NCBI GenBank assembly: GCA_963668645.2
Contig: CAXXWC010000019.1
Coordinates: forward strand, 224,001 to 288,000
Length of the DNA stretch: 64,000 nucleotides
Direction of reading: 5' to 3'
DNA from: Desulfobacterales bacterium
Lineage (GTDB): Bacteria > Desulfobacterota > Desulfobacteria > Desulfobacterales > UBA2174
A program made the translations under genes and the position numbers. Under the pieces are notes generated by a model. That model was not told the origin of the DNA. It saw nothing but the letters and a program-made list of their open reading frames with translations, and did not search any database. Each line of letters starts with the position of its first letter. The first letter of the stretch is position 1. Of the stretch, positions 19,906-28,877 are shown piece by piece.

Positions 19906-21731
19906 GACGGAAAGGCCATGCCATGAATAAATTGGAGTTGAAAATCAGGCGTCCGTGCCAGATCGATGTGATCGATCCGCTCGGCAATGCGTACCGCCTC
20001 TTTGTAAGCGACCCGGGAGAGCAGGGCCATACGGGCTCCACTGCCAGCCGCGTTTCCCACCTGCCGGATTTTCGCCCGGGGAAAGGCTGGCAGAAAGCCT
20101 ATCCCCATGGCGCTGCGCGCGCGCACATAGTTGCCGAAAGCCCCTGCCAGTAGTACTTCATAAATATCTTCAGACTTCAGTTCCAGATAATCAAGCATTA
20201 TCCGTATCCCCGCCAGCATGGCGCCTTTGGCGAGCTGCAATTCCCGGATATCTCTTTGAGTAATGACTACTGGATGATTTCCCGGCGAACGGTCCCCCTC
20301 GGTCAAAAAAAACTGACCGAGGGGTTCTTCGCTCAACCGGTGGGCATAGACAGAGCCGGCGGCTTCTTTTCCGGTGAGCAGCCGACCGTCGGAGGTGACA
20401 AGCCCGGCGGCCAGAAGCCCGGATACGGCGTCCACCAGGCCGGACCCGCAGATGCCCCGGGGCGGGACCTGGTCGATGACACGACAGACCACTTTGCCGT
20501 TTTCGAAATCGACCCGGTCTATGGCCCCACTGCAACCGCGCATACCGCACTGGATGTGGGCGCCCTCGAAGGCGGGCCCTGCGGCGCAGGAGCAAGCCAC
20601 CATGCGCTGCCCGTCACTGAGAACGATTTCGCCATTGGTGCCGATGTCTATGGCGATTCTGGGCTTGCGGCTCTTGTGCAGGCCGGTGGCCAGCACGACT
20701 GCCACGGTATCCGAGCCGATAAAACCGGAAACCAGCGGCAGAGAAAACACCATACCCAATGGGTTGATGTGAATGTCCAGATCCTTGGCCGGAGCCCTCA
20801 GTCCTTCGATAGAGATCGGGTTGTAGGGCGGCCGGATCAAAAGCTGGGGAAGGATGCCCCAGAAGAGTTGATTGATGGTGGTGTTGCCCACGATCATCAG
20901 GCTGTAGACAGCCTGGTTGGGCAGGCCCTCTTGTTGGCAGAGACTGTCTATGATGCCGTTGATGGTGGACAGAACCGATTGCCGTAGCTGATCGAGTCCC
21001 CGGGGGTAATGCAGCGCGTAGTCGATGCGGGTGATGACATCGGCACCATGGATCTGCTGCCCGTTCAGGGCTGCCTGCACACCGGCCATCCGGCCGGTGG
21101 TCAGGTCCAGCAGGTAGCCCACCACCGTGGTGGTGCCGATGTCCACGGCCAGGCCCCAAAACTGACGGGAGGTATCGCCGGGTTCAACCCCCAGGACCTG
21201 GTTCTCGTGAAGCAGGACGGTCAGACCTTCCTGGCCGGCCGGGTCGATGGCGCCAAGGCTCTGCAGAGCGGAAACATCCAGGCTGGCACAGCGCACGCCG
21301 GCCTGGCCCAGGCGCTCCCGAATCAGACCGGCCAGGGGCCCGTTTGTTTTCCAGTCGTCGCTATTCAAGGGTAAAAAAAGTTTTACCAGTGCGGGCCGGA
21401 GCCGCACGGCCCGCGAGACGCCCTCTTGCAGAATATGGTGCCTGGCTGCAACGGACGACAATAGCGTCACGCGCACCGGGCCTGTAATCCGTGCCTGGCA
21501 GGCCAGCCGCACCCCTTGGGCAATATCCCGGGAATCGATCTGTTTCAGTTCCATGGCGGTGGGAGGCGTCAGGCCCTCATGGGCAATCACCCGGCATTTG
21601 CCGCAGCTTCCCATCCCCCCGCAGTCGCTATCCAAAACCACACCGGCGCCACGAGCGGCCTCCAGCAGGGATGCCCCTTTTTCCACTTCCGCTTTCCGGC
21701 CTTCGGGTAGAAAAAGGACTTCCATTTTCAT
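19902..21731 (-). CDS. ASKHA-type ATP-dependent reductive activator of corrinoid proteins (RACo/RamA-like) with N-terminal 2Fe-2S domain
   Basis: CGGMGSCGKC..RLACQ; VDIGTTTV; GADVITRI; DIGTNGEI; CAAGPAFEG; GICGSG; LAGAFG; GNAA. Confidence 0.92.
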   Translation of the reverse strand: MKMEVLFLPEGRKAEVEKGASLLEAARGAGVVLDSDCGGMGSCGKCRVIAHEGLTPPTAMELKQIDSRDIAQGVRLACQARITGPVRVTLLSSVAARHHILQEGVSRAVRLRPALVKLFLPLNSDDWKTNGPLAGLIRERLGQAGVRCASLDVSALQSLGAIDPAGQEGLTVLLHENQVLGVEPGDTSRQFWGLAVDIGTTTVVGYLLDLTTGRMAGVQAALNGQQIHGADVITRIDYALHYPRGLDQLRQSVLSTINGIIDSLCQQEGLPNQAVYSLMIVGNTTINQLFWGILPQLLIRPPYNPISIEGLRAPAKDLDIHINPLGMVFSLPLVSGFIGSDTVAVVLATGLHKSRKPRIAIDIGTNGEIVLSDGQRMVACSCAAGPAFEGAHIQCGMRGCSGAIDRVDFENGKVVCRVIDQVPPRGICGSGLVDAVSGLLAAGLVTSDGRLLTGKEAAGSVYAHRLSEEPLGQFFLTEGDRSPGNHPVVITQRDIRELQLAKGAMLAGIRIMLDYLELKSEDIYEVLLAGAFGNYVRARSAMGIGFLPAFPRAKIRQVGNAAGSGARMALLSRVAYKEAVRIAERIDHIDLARTPDFQLQFIHGMAFPS

Positions 21732-21860
21732 GATTGTGCCTTAGCAGTTTTAGGCAATGCCGATTTGGCGGGGGAACGCCCTGTCGCTTGACACCAATTG
21801 GACTAAAACGAAGTTCCCCCGCTCGGATCCGCGCGTCTTCAGGTCAAAAGGGCCTCGGGC

Positions 21861-23207
21861 TCAGTCGGATTCTTCCATCACCGGCACCCGCCAGAGCGTC
21901 AACATGATGAATGCCGCGACCAGGGCCGCGATGATCCAGTACCAAAAGCCGGCCGTCCATCCATACTGGTCCACCAGCCAACCGGTGAAGATTCCGGTCA
22001 TGGCGGCGCCGATGTAACCGAAGCCGTCGATGAAACCGGCGGCCGAGGCGGCGGCCTTGCGGCCGGCAAAATCCTGGGCCGCATGGCCCACCATCAGAAC
22101 GTGGGCCCCGTAAGTGCAAAAGCCGATCAGGGCCAGGCAGACCAGGCTCCAGATCCAGGCCCCCGGCGGTGCGTAATAGAACAGGTAGGAAAAGATGGCC
22201 AGGCCGAACAGACAGAGGCAGATGACCGGTGCCCGGCGGTTGTCGAAAAACTTGCCGGTGGCCCAGCCGCAAACGACCGCACCTGCAGAACCGGCCAAGG
22301 GCAGGATAGCCACCGTAAGGCCCGCGCTGCTGATCGTAGCCCCCTGGGCCTCGATGAGAAAGACCGGTGCCCAATAGAAAAAGCCGTAACGGATGATGTC
22401 CAGACAGAAGAAGGCGAGCGACACACCCCAGATGCGCGGGTTGGCCACGCAAACTTTGCAGGTGTAGGCAAAACCCATGTGCTTGTCCTCGGTCACTTTG
22501 CACACCGGCGCGGAGGTGGAATCGAGGGTCGCTTTTTCACCGGAGACGACTTTGCGCAACTGCTCGATGGGCGGCAGGCCCACTTCTTCGGGAGCGTTGC
22601 GCAGGCGGGTGACAAAGTGAATCGAGGAGATCAGAAACAGGCCGGCCGGCACCCAGAACAAGGTGCGCCAACCGTAGTTGGCCGCCAGGTAGGAGGCCAG
22701 CAACCAGGAATAGGCGTTGCCGATCTGGTAGCAGGACCCCATGAGCCCCATCCATTTTCCCCGCTGGGCCACGGTGAACCAGTTGGCCATGGTCTTGACC
22801 TGGGGCGCCCAACCCATGGACTGAAAGTAGCCGTTCAACCCCCACACCACCAGCATGAAGGCAAAGGCGGTGGAAAAACTGAAGATGATGTTCAGCAGGG
22901 CCGAGCCGATCATGCCCACAAAGACGAGCTTGCGGGCCCCGAATTTGTCGCCCAGCTGACCGTTGACGAACTGACCGATGGAATACATGACGAAGAGTGC
23001 TGTGCCCAAAAGGCCCAGCATGGTTTTGGAAAGGCCGAACTCTGCCGCGATGCCGGGCAAGGCGAAGGACATGTTGGCGCGGCACAGATAAAAGGTTCCG
23101 TAAGTAATCCAGATAGTGACGAAGGTCCTGACCTGCCAGCTGCGCCAAGCGGAATGAATCTGCGCACCGGTCATCGTGCTCGTATCATACATGGTTCCTG
23201 TGGTCAT
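21861..23207 (-). CDS. MFS transporter, organophosphate:Pi antiporter (GlpT/UhpT-like) family
   Basis: ITYGTFYLCRANMS, NGYFQSMGW, MANWF...RG, IIRYGFFYWAP, AAGFIDGFGYIG. Confidence 0.85.
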   Translation of the reverse strand: MTTGTMYDTSTMTGAQIHSAWRSWQVRTFVTIWITYGTFYLCRANMSFALPGIAAEFGLSKTMLGLLGTALFVMYSIGQFVNGQLGDKFGARKLVFVGMIGSALLNIIFSFSTAFAFMLVVWGLNGYFQSMGWAPQVKTMANWFTVAQRGKWMGLMGSCYQIGNAYSWLLASYLAANYGWRTLFWVPAGLFLISSIHFVTRLRNAPEEVGLPPIEQLRKVVSGEKATLDSTSAPVCKVTEDKHMGFAYTCKVCVANPRIWGVSLAFFCLDIIRYGFFYWAPVFLIEAQGATISSAGLTVAILPLAGSAGAVVCGWATGKFFDNRRAPVICLCLFGLAIFSYLFYYAPPGAWIWSLVCLALIGFCTYGAHVLMVGHAAQDFAGRKAAASAAGFIDGFGYIGAAMTGIFTGWLVDQYGWTAGFWYWIIAALVAAFIMLTLWRVPVMEESD

Positions 23208-23271
23208 TGGTTCCTCCTGGGTTCCTCCTGCACGGGCTGCGCGTGGCGAGGGACGCCTTCTGCCGACCCGA

Positions 23272-23760
23272 TTATTGGTCTTGCCTGAGATTGCCCATGA
23301 GAATGGGCTTGGGTGTCTCCTTCTTGATCAGGGCGCCCAATTTCGCTTTCACGCCCACCGGATTGCCGATGGGCTTACCGCTCGGGTTGAGGTAGATACC
23401 GACTTGCACGAAACGCTTGTAGATGTCCTTCTTCATGGTCGTCTTGAAGTCCACCTCGCCTGTTTCGCTGACCGTGAGAACATGGGGCGCGGGGCCGATC
23501 CCCTCGAACATCTTGCTTTTTGTATTTACAAAAAATGCGGTGTAAAGCCCCTTGGGGTCCAGGCCGCTGATCCGGATGGCCAGATCGGTGCCGTTGGCCG
23601 TGTCGATCACCAGCTTGCCTTGGGCCTGACCCGCGACACCCTTGACGAGCACCAGAGCCACCTCTTTCGAGCCGCCTTGCTGGGCGGTTTCCGCCGAACA
23701 ACCAACGCAAGTTCCGCACAGGATAAAAGCCGCCATGATCGTGAAATAAACGTTTCTCAT
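23272..23760 (-). CDS. Putative lipoprotein, unknown function
   Basis: Signal peptide with VGC lipobox-like site; lies within the operon; RBS aagggg. Confidence 0.7.
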   Translation of the reverse strand: MRNVYFTIMAAFILCGTCVGCSAETAQQGGSKEVALVLVKGVAGQAQGKLVIDTANGTDLAIRISGLDPKGLYTAFFVNTKSKMFEGIGPAPHVLTVSETGEVDFKTTMKKDIYKRFVQVGIYLNPSGKPIGNPVGVKAKLGALIKKETPKPILMGNLRQDQ

Positions 23761-23852
23761 AGGACACCCCCCTTCTGAAAAATTTCTGTTTCCTGGGCAG
23801 TGCTTTGCTAAACTCGAATCAGACCTCCCCGCCCCTCCCGGTCACGGCGGCG

Positions 23853-24659
23853 CTAATAGTCCAGCCGACCTTCCCGGAAGGCCTGTAGATAGCGGGCACA
23901 AAAGGCATCCTTGTCGGCAAGGGCCTCGGAGGCCGTAATCATGGCCATCAGCGCCTTGTCCGTGGGATCGGCAATGGCTGCGTCCATGCCCGCAAATCCG
24001 GCCAAGATCAAAAAGGCCTGATTCAGCAGCTTGCGTTTAGGAAGCCCGAAGGAAATATTGCTCAAGCCGGAGACCGTCCTGGCGCCCGGCAGTTCACGCT
24101 TGATCGCCTTTAAGGTCTCCAGAAATACCAGGGCGTTTTTCTGGTCGGTGGCCAGGGAAAGGACCAGGGGGTCGAAGTAAATATCTTCCAGGGGAATCCC
24201 GTACCCTTCAGCACTGCGGGCAATGGTCTTGGCAATTTCCAGCCTTTCGGCGCTGTTGGCCGGAATTTTTTTCTCCCGGTTGGTGGTCAGGGCAATGACC
24301 TTGCACCGGTTGCGCCCGGCCAAAGGCAGGATGGATTCCAGAACGGCCGGGTCTCCGTTGACCGAGTTGATCATGGCCCGCCCCTTGTGCAGGCGCAGCC
24401 CTGCTTCCATCACTTTCGGGTGCGCCGTATCCAGGCACAGGGGCAGCTCCGCTGCTTCCTGAATCAGAGGCACCAGCCATTCGAAGTCGGCGGCTTCCTC
24501 ATCCGGGTCCAGGGGCAGCCCGGAGTTGACGTCCAGGTAAGCGGCGCCCGCTTCGGCCTGGCGGCGGGCCAGATCCTGAATGAAGGCGGCATCGCGTTGC
24601 CGCACCGCCGCCTCCACGGCCTTGCGTGTGGTGTTTATTTTTTCACCGATGATTTCCAT
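23853..24659 (-). CDS. Methyltetrahydrofolate:corrinoid methyltransferase (AcsE/MT2-like, pterin-binding)
   Basis: IIGEKINTTRK, YLDVNSG, LCLDT, MINSVNG, YFDPLV, SGLSNISFGLP. Confidence 0.9.
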   Translation of the reverse strand: MEIIGEKINTTRKAVEAAVRQRDAAFIQDLARRQAEAGAAYLDVNSGLPLDPDEEAADFEWLVPLIQEAAELPLCLDTAHPKVMEAGLRLHKGRAMINSVNGDPAVLESILPLAGRNRCKVIALTTNREKKIPANSAERLEIAKTIARSAEGYGIPLEDIYFDPLVLSLATDQKNALVFLETLKAIKRELPGARTVSGLSNISFGLPKRKLLNQAFLILAGFAGMDAAIADPTDKALMAMITASEALADKDAFCARYLQAFREGRLDY

Positions 24660-24736
24660 GTGGTGGTGTCCACCCTTTCAGCATCATAGAGTTTCGGCCA
24701 TTTTCCCGGAGCGCCCTGGCGGCATCCGGCAGCGAT

Positions 24737-25897
24737 CTAATAAACGCCGAACTCGTGATACGCTTCGAACAAAGCCGCCACGTTTTCGATGGGTGTATCC
24801 ACCTGGATGTTGTGCGAGGTGCAGATGATGTAGCCGCCGCCTTTCTTGGTGTTGTCCATGGCGTACTTCACCATCTTGCGGACGTCTTCGGGTTTGCCCA
24901 GGGGCAGGACCTGCTGGATGTCCATGCCTCCTTGGAAGCTCAGATCCTGGCCGAATTCCTGCTTCAGGCGCTTGATGTCCATGTTGGTGGCCTGGGGTTG
25001 GAGCGATTGCAGGCAGTCCAGGCCGCTTTCGATAAAATCCGGGATCAGGGCGTAGACGTCGCCGCAGGTGTGGTACATCACCTTCAGGCCGAAGCTGTGG
25101 GCGATGTCGCAGTACTTGCGGAAGCCGTCCCGGAAATAGCGACGCCACATATCCAGGCTGAGCAGGGGGCCGCCCTGGCCGCCCATGTCGTCGCCCATCA
25201 TGAACATGTCGAATTCCCCGCCGCTGGCCGCAAAAACCTTGGGGTTGTAATTGACGAAGTATTCGAGGATATGGTCGCGGATGCACTCAACGATCTTGGG
25301 GTTCATGGCCAGATCGACGAAGGTCTGCTGGATGCCTCGCAGGTACATCATGGGCTTGAGCTGGGCGGTGCGGTCCAGGCGGTCGCCCTTGTTGAGCACG
25401 AAGTACTTTGGGTGCAGGACCTCGCATTCCGCCTTAAGATTGGAATAATCCCACCAGTCCGGGGACGGCCAGCGGGGGTAGGCATCGATCTCATTGACGG
25501 TCTGCATGTGCTCCAGGGGTGAATAGGCCACTTCGGTGAAGGTGCCCTCGTGGTCGGTGTCCTTGCCGTAAATCACCTTGCGGCGGCGCACGCCCCACAG
25601 ATCCTCCACCGTACCGTCGGAATGGGTCTTGAACTCCAGGCCCACATAGGCCGGCCCGTAGTTGTCACGGATGTCCACCCCCAGAAAATCCAGCAGTTCG
25701 GCTTCGCTCTCCAGACCCCAGTAGGTCATGCAGCGTTTCTTGATCTCCGGGACCATCCAGTTGTCGATGGGCACCCGGTCGGCCTCCTCGAAATTGATGG
25801 CCTTTAAACCCCGCTCGCGGGGCGACATCTTTTCGTTCTTGGCCCGCAGTTCGTTGATCTTGTATCGTCTGTTTTCATAAATTTTATCCGTCAGCAT
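24737..25897 (-). CDS. Uroporphyrinogen decarboxylase-fold methyltransferase (putative substrate-specific MT1)
   Basis: MSPRER..AINFEEADRVP, GDDMGGQ, YHTCG, SFQGGMDIQ, GGYIICTSHNIQ..TPIEN. Confidence 0.85.
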   Translation of the reverse strand: MLTDKIYENRRYKINELRAKNEKMSPRERGLKAINFEEADRVPIDNWMVPEIKKRCMTYWGLESEAELLDFLGVDIRDNYGPAYVGLEFKTHSDGTVEDLWGVRRRKVIYGKDTDHEGTFTEVAYSPLEHMQTVNEIDAYPRWPSPDWWDYSNLKAECEVLHPKYFVLNKGDRLDRTAQLKPMMYLRGIQQTFVDLAMNPKIVECIRDHILEYFVNYNPKVFAASGGEFDMFMMGDDMGGQGGPLLSLDMWRRYFRDGFRKYCDIAHSFGLKVMYHTCGDVYALIPDFIESGLDCLQSLQPQATNMDIKRLKQEFGQDLSFQGGMDIQQVLPLGKPEDVRKMVKYAMDNTKKGGGYIICTSHNIQVDTPIENVAALFEAYHEFGVY

Positions 25898-25941
25898 GCC
25901 GGTACCTCCTTATGCCCGCGGGTTGAGCCCATCGCCGGGAG

Positions 25942-26577
25942 TTAGGAAAGCCATCTTTTGCACAATTGCACTCCCTGGGGAGCATCCGGCGCATAACCGT
26001 CGGCCTTGATCAGGGTGCAAAAATTCTGGTCAATGGGAGCCCCGCCGATGATCACCTTGACCTTGTCGCGCAGGCCATTGCTCTCCATGGCCTTGACAGT
26101 CTCGGCCATGGCCAGGCGGGTGGGGGTATAGAGGGCCGAGAGGGCCAGAATGTCCGGCCTGTATTGCTCGACGGCCGCCACGAACTTGGCCGGGGGGATG
26201 TCGATGCCCAGGTCGTGAACCTTGAACCCGGCCCCCTGGAGCATCATGGCCACGATGTTCTTGCCCACATCGTGCACGTCGCCTTCCACCGTACCGATGA
26301 CCACGGTGCCCTTGGGTGGAGCGTCGGATGCTTCGAAAGTGGGACGCAAGAGATCCAGAGACGCCTTCATGGCCATGCCGGCGGTCATAAGCTCGGGCAC
26401 GAAGGCCTTCTGGCAGGCGAAGGCCTTACCTACTGCATCCAGCCCGGCGATGAGGCCCTGGTTGAGGATGTCCATGGCAGGAATGTGTTCCACCTCCAGC
26501 GCTTTTCGGGTGGCCTCTTTGGCCTCCTGGATCTGCCCCTTTTCCACGAGCTGAGCGATGTTCATAAATGTATCCAT
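25942..26577 (-). CDS. Corrinoid (B12-binding) protein, copy 1
   Basis: GTVEGDVHDVGKNIV, DLGIDIP, IIGGAP; RBS ggagg. Confidence 0.92.
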   Translation of the reverse strand: MDTFMNIAQLVEKGQIQEAKEATRKALEVEHIPAMDILNQGLIAGLDAVGKAFACQKAFVPELMTAGMAMKASLDLLRPTFEASDAPPKGTVVIGTVEGDVHDVGKNIVAMMLQGAGFKVHDLGIDIPPAKFVAAVEQYRPDILALSALYTPTRLAMAETVKAMESNGLRDKVKVIIGGAPIDQNFCTLIKADGYAPDAPQGVQLCKRWLS

Positions 26578-26704
26578 CTGATGCACCTCCATGACGGTTT
26601 GGATTTTGAACTCGCAGCGGATCACTTCCTCGAAGCGCATCGCTGTTGTTGCTCAGTTTGTTTGGATCGGCCCTAGGGATTTAGCCTTTGTTAAGAAAAC
26701 TGTG

Positions 26705-26776
26705 AGTATGGGTTTAGCAAGAAGCCCGTCAACTTGTCTGTGGAGATCTTGCGAAATTACGGGCAAATTTGCGAAA
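26705..26776 (-). promoter_or_regulatory. Putative sigma-70 promoter with upstream direct repeats (candidate AraC sites)
   Basis: TTGACG (26732-26727) N16 CATACT; TTTCGCAA repeated at 20-bp period (26749 and 26769). Confidence 0.5.
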
Positions 26777-27041
26777 AAGTGATTTTTGAGGCGGATTCGA
26801 AATCGGTGGATCAGATCAACACCCCAAAGGTCACCGAGGTCATGTTGGGCTTGAGCGGTAAGCTGTCGGGGTGCGCGATGATGGAAAGCGCAGTCTGCCG
26901 GGTATCAGCTGTTCGACGAGCGAAGCCGAGGTGTACTGGCAAAAATTGAAACGAGAAGACACATATGATAGCGTATGTAAAGCGTCGGCTTCGTTGACAC
27001 CGCGGCGTGTTGTTCAAACTTCATGCGACAGGAGATGACGG

Positions 27042-27713
27042 ATGAATCGTTTGGTATCAGCGGTGGCGGTTGTCGTGTTCAGTGCCTGGATCGGCGTTTT
27101 CACAAGCGGCCCGCTTTGGGCCAAACCCCAATCGAAAGACGACAAAGACCGGTCCGAGAAGACCTGGCAAACAAGTGGCCAGGTCGATCGTCAGGGAAAA
27201 GCCAGCCAAAGCGGCCAGAAGGGCGGTAAACACCAGCAGGCCCAGAGCCAGGACCGCGGGCCCAGCCACGGCAAGGGCCAGCCCGGATTCACGAGCGGCG
27301 GTGGCCAACAGGGCCTCAAACAGGGCCGCAAGGCCGCCGGGAAGACCAGGAGCGCAGCCGTTGGAAAGTCGCAAACGGGCCGGAGCAAGGCGGCGGGACA
27401 CCATTTTGACGATCGGGCGCGCAACGCGGTGCGCCGTTACTTCAGCGAACACTGGCGTTCCGGACACTGCCCTCCCGGGCTGGTGCGCAACGGCAAACGC
27501 TGCGAGCCGCCGCGAGCGCCAAGAAAGTGGGCGGTCGGCAAACAGCTCCCCCGCGGGGTGATCTTCTACGATCTTCCGCCACGGGTGATCGAAGTGCTCG
27601 GCCCGCCGCCGCCAAGGCACCGCTACGTGCGCGTGGCCAACGATATCCTGCTGATCACCACCGGCATCGGTATGGTGGTGGATGCCATAGCGGACCTTCA
27701 GGCCATTCAGTAG
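27042..27713 (+). CDS. Secreted low-complexity protein with RcnB-like C-terminus
   Basis: Signal peptide; G/K/Q-rich linker; HCPPGL; PPPRHRYVRVANDILLI..G.VVDAI. Confidence 0.7.
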   Translation: MNRLVSAVAVVVFSAWIGVFTSGPLWAKPQSKDDKDRSEKTWQTSGQVDRQGKASQSGQKGGKHQQAQSQDRGPSHGKGQPGFTSGGGQQGLKQGRKAAGKTRSAAVGKSQTGRSKAAGHHFDDRARNAVRRYFSEHWRSGHCPPGLVRNGKRCEPPRAPRKWAVGKQLPRGVIFYDLPPRVIEVLGPPPPRHRYVRVANDILLITTGIGMVVDAIADLQAIQ

Positions 27714-27770
27714 AAACGTTCACCGCCATGCTCGGTTTGACGCCCTGGAGTGCGGGAGTATATTTGCGGT

Positions 27771-28655
27771 ATGAAAACCCCCTTGAACATCACTGGTGGT
27801 GACATCGCCGGCGCCAGCCTGGCCGCTTCCGGGGTGCCCGGCGAAGTCTTTGTCTGGCACGACATCCTCTACGACGGGCCGCGCCAGCCGGGATGGCCCG
27901 GCGCAGAAGTTCTCGAGGCGCGGGCCCGCTTCCTCGAAGAGACCACCGGCGGCGGCCTCGGCCGGGAGCTGGTCTTGCGCACCCTCGCCGAGCAGTACGA
28001 CATACTGGCCGCTGCGGACCGTTACGATTCCGTCGTACTCTGGTTCGACGCCTGCCTCTTCGACCAGGCCATGCTGGCCCATATCCTGGCGATCCTGCCG
28101 CCGGCCGTGCGATCGAGCACCGAGTTGATCTGCGTCGACGCCTTTGACGGGATCGTACCCTTCCACGGGCTGGGCCAGCTCGACCCGCGGCAGATGGCCT
28201 CGCTTTACCACCGCCGGCGGCCGGTGACCGCGGCCCAGTTCGATTTCGCCCAGGTTGTGGACCGGGCCTTTGCCACCCAGAATCCGGCCCTTTTCGACCA
28301 ACTGGCCCGGACCTCTGACGCGCCCCTGCCCTGGGTGCCGGCCGCAGTGACCCGCTGGCGCCAGGAACTGCCCGATCCTGAAAGCGGCCTGGGCCGGCTC
28401 GAATCCATGGCCCTGGCGGCGATCGATCAGGGGTGCGAAACGCCGGCCGAGATTTTCGCGGCCGTTGCCGCCGCCGATACCCCGCCGCAATACTGGGGCG
28501 ATACGACCCTCTGGGCCAAAATCAACGCGCTGGCCGACCGCTCCCCGGCCCTGGTATGCATCCAAGGCCCCCTGCCGCGACTGCCCCAGTGGGAAGGAAT
28601 CGCTGACCTGAACCGCTTTCGCGTGACGCCCTCCCCTGCCCGGCCCTGCTCCTGA
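27771..28655 (+). CDS. DUF1835-like protein
   Basis: LNITGGD.AG, WHDILYDGP, VVLWFD..LFDQ, ELP...SGL, GD motifs. Confidence 0.7.
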   Translation: MKTPLNITGGDIAGASLAASGVPGEVFVWHDILYDGPRQPGWPGAEVLEARARFLEETTGGGLGRELVLRTLAEQYDILAAADRYDSVVLWFDACLFDQAMLAHILAILPPAVRSSTELICVDAFDGIVPFHGLGQLDPRQMASLYHRRRPVTAAQFDFAQVVDRAFATQNPALFDQLARTSDAPLPWVPAAVTRWRQELPDPESGLGRLESMALAAIDQGCETPAEIFAAVAAADTPPQYWGDTTLWAKINALADRSPALVCIQGPLPRLPQWEGIADLNRFRVTPSPARPCS

Positions 28656-28877
28656 TCTACGATCAGCTAAAATAGCACCCTCATGCATAGAGCCATAGAA
28701 CATGGCTCGCATTCATTTTATGCACAGCTTTTGACTTCGCCTCGAAATATGTTCTATAAATCAGTTAATTGAAGCATCTTCCCCTTCTCCATCTCCAAAC
28801 CAGTGCGGCACAACACCAATCACCCCATGTCACCGGGTGGCTTTTTCCACGCGGTGGAAGGGATTATCGCAAAGCGG

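Noticed and set aside
17237..26577. Pyrrolysine or selenocysteine readthrough in the methyltransferase genes
   Set aside because: All genes are full length without internal TAG/TGA; no MttB/MtmB-type gene
26580..27040. Cobalamin riboswitch upstream of the corrinoid operon
   Set aside because: No B12-box or conserved core recognised by eye; an Rfam scan would settle it
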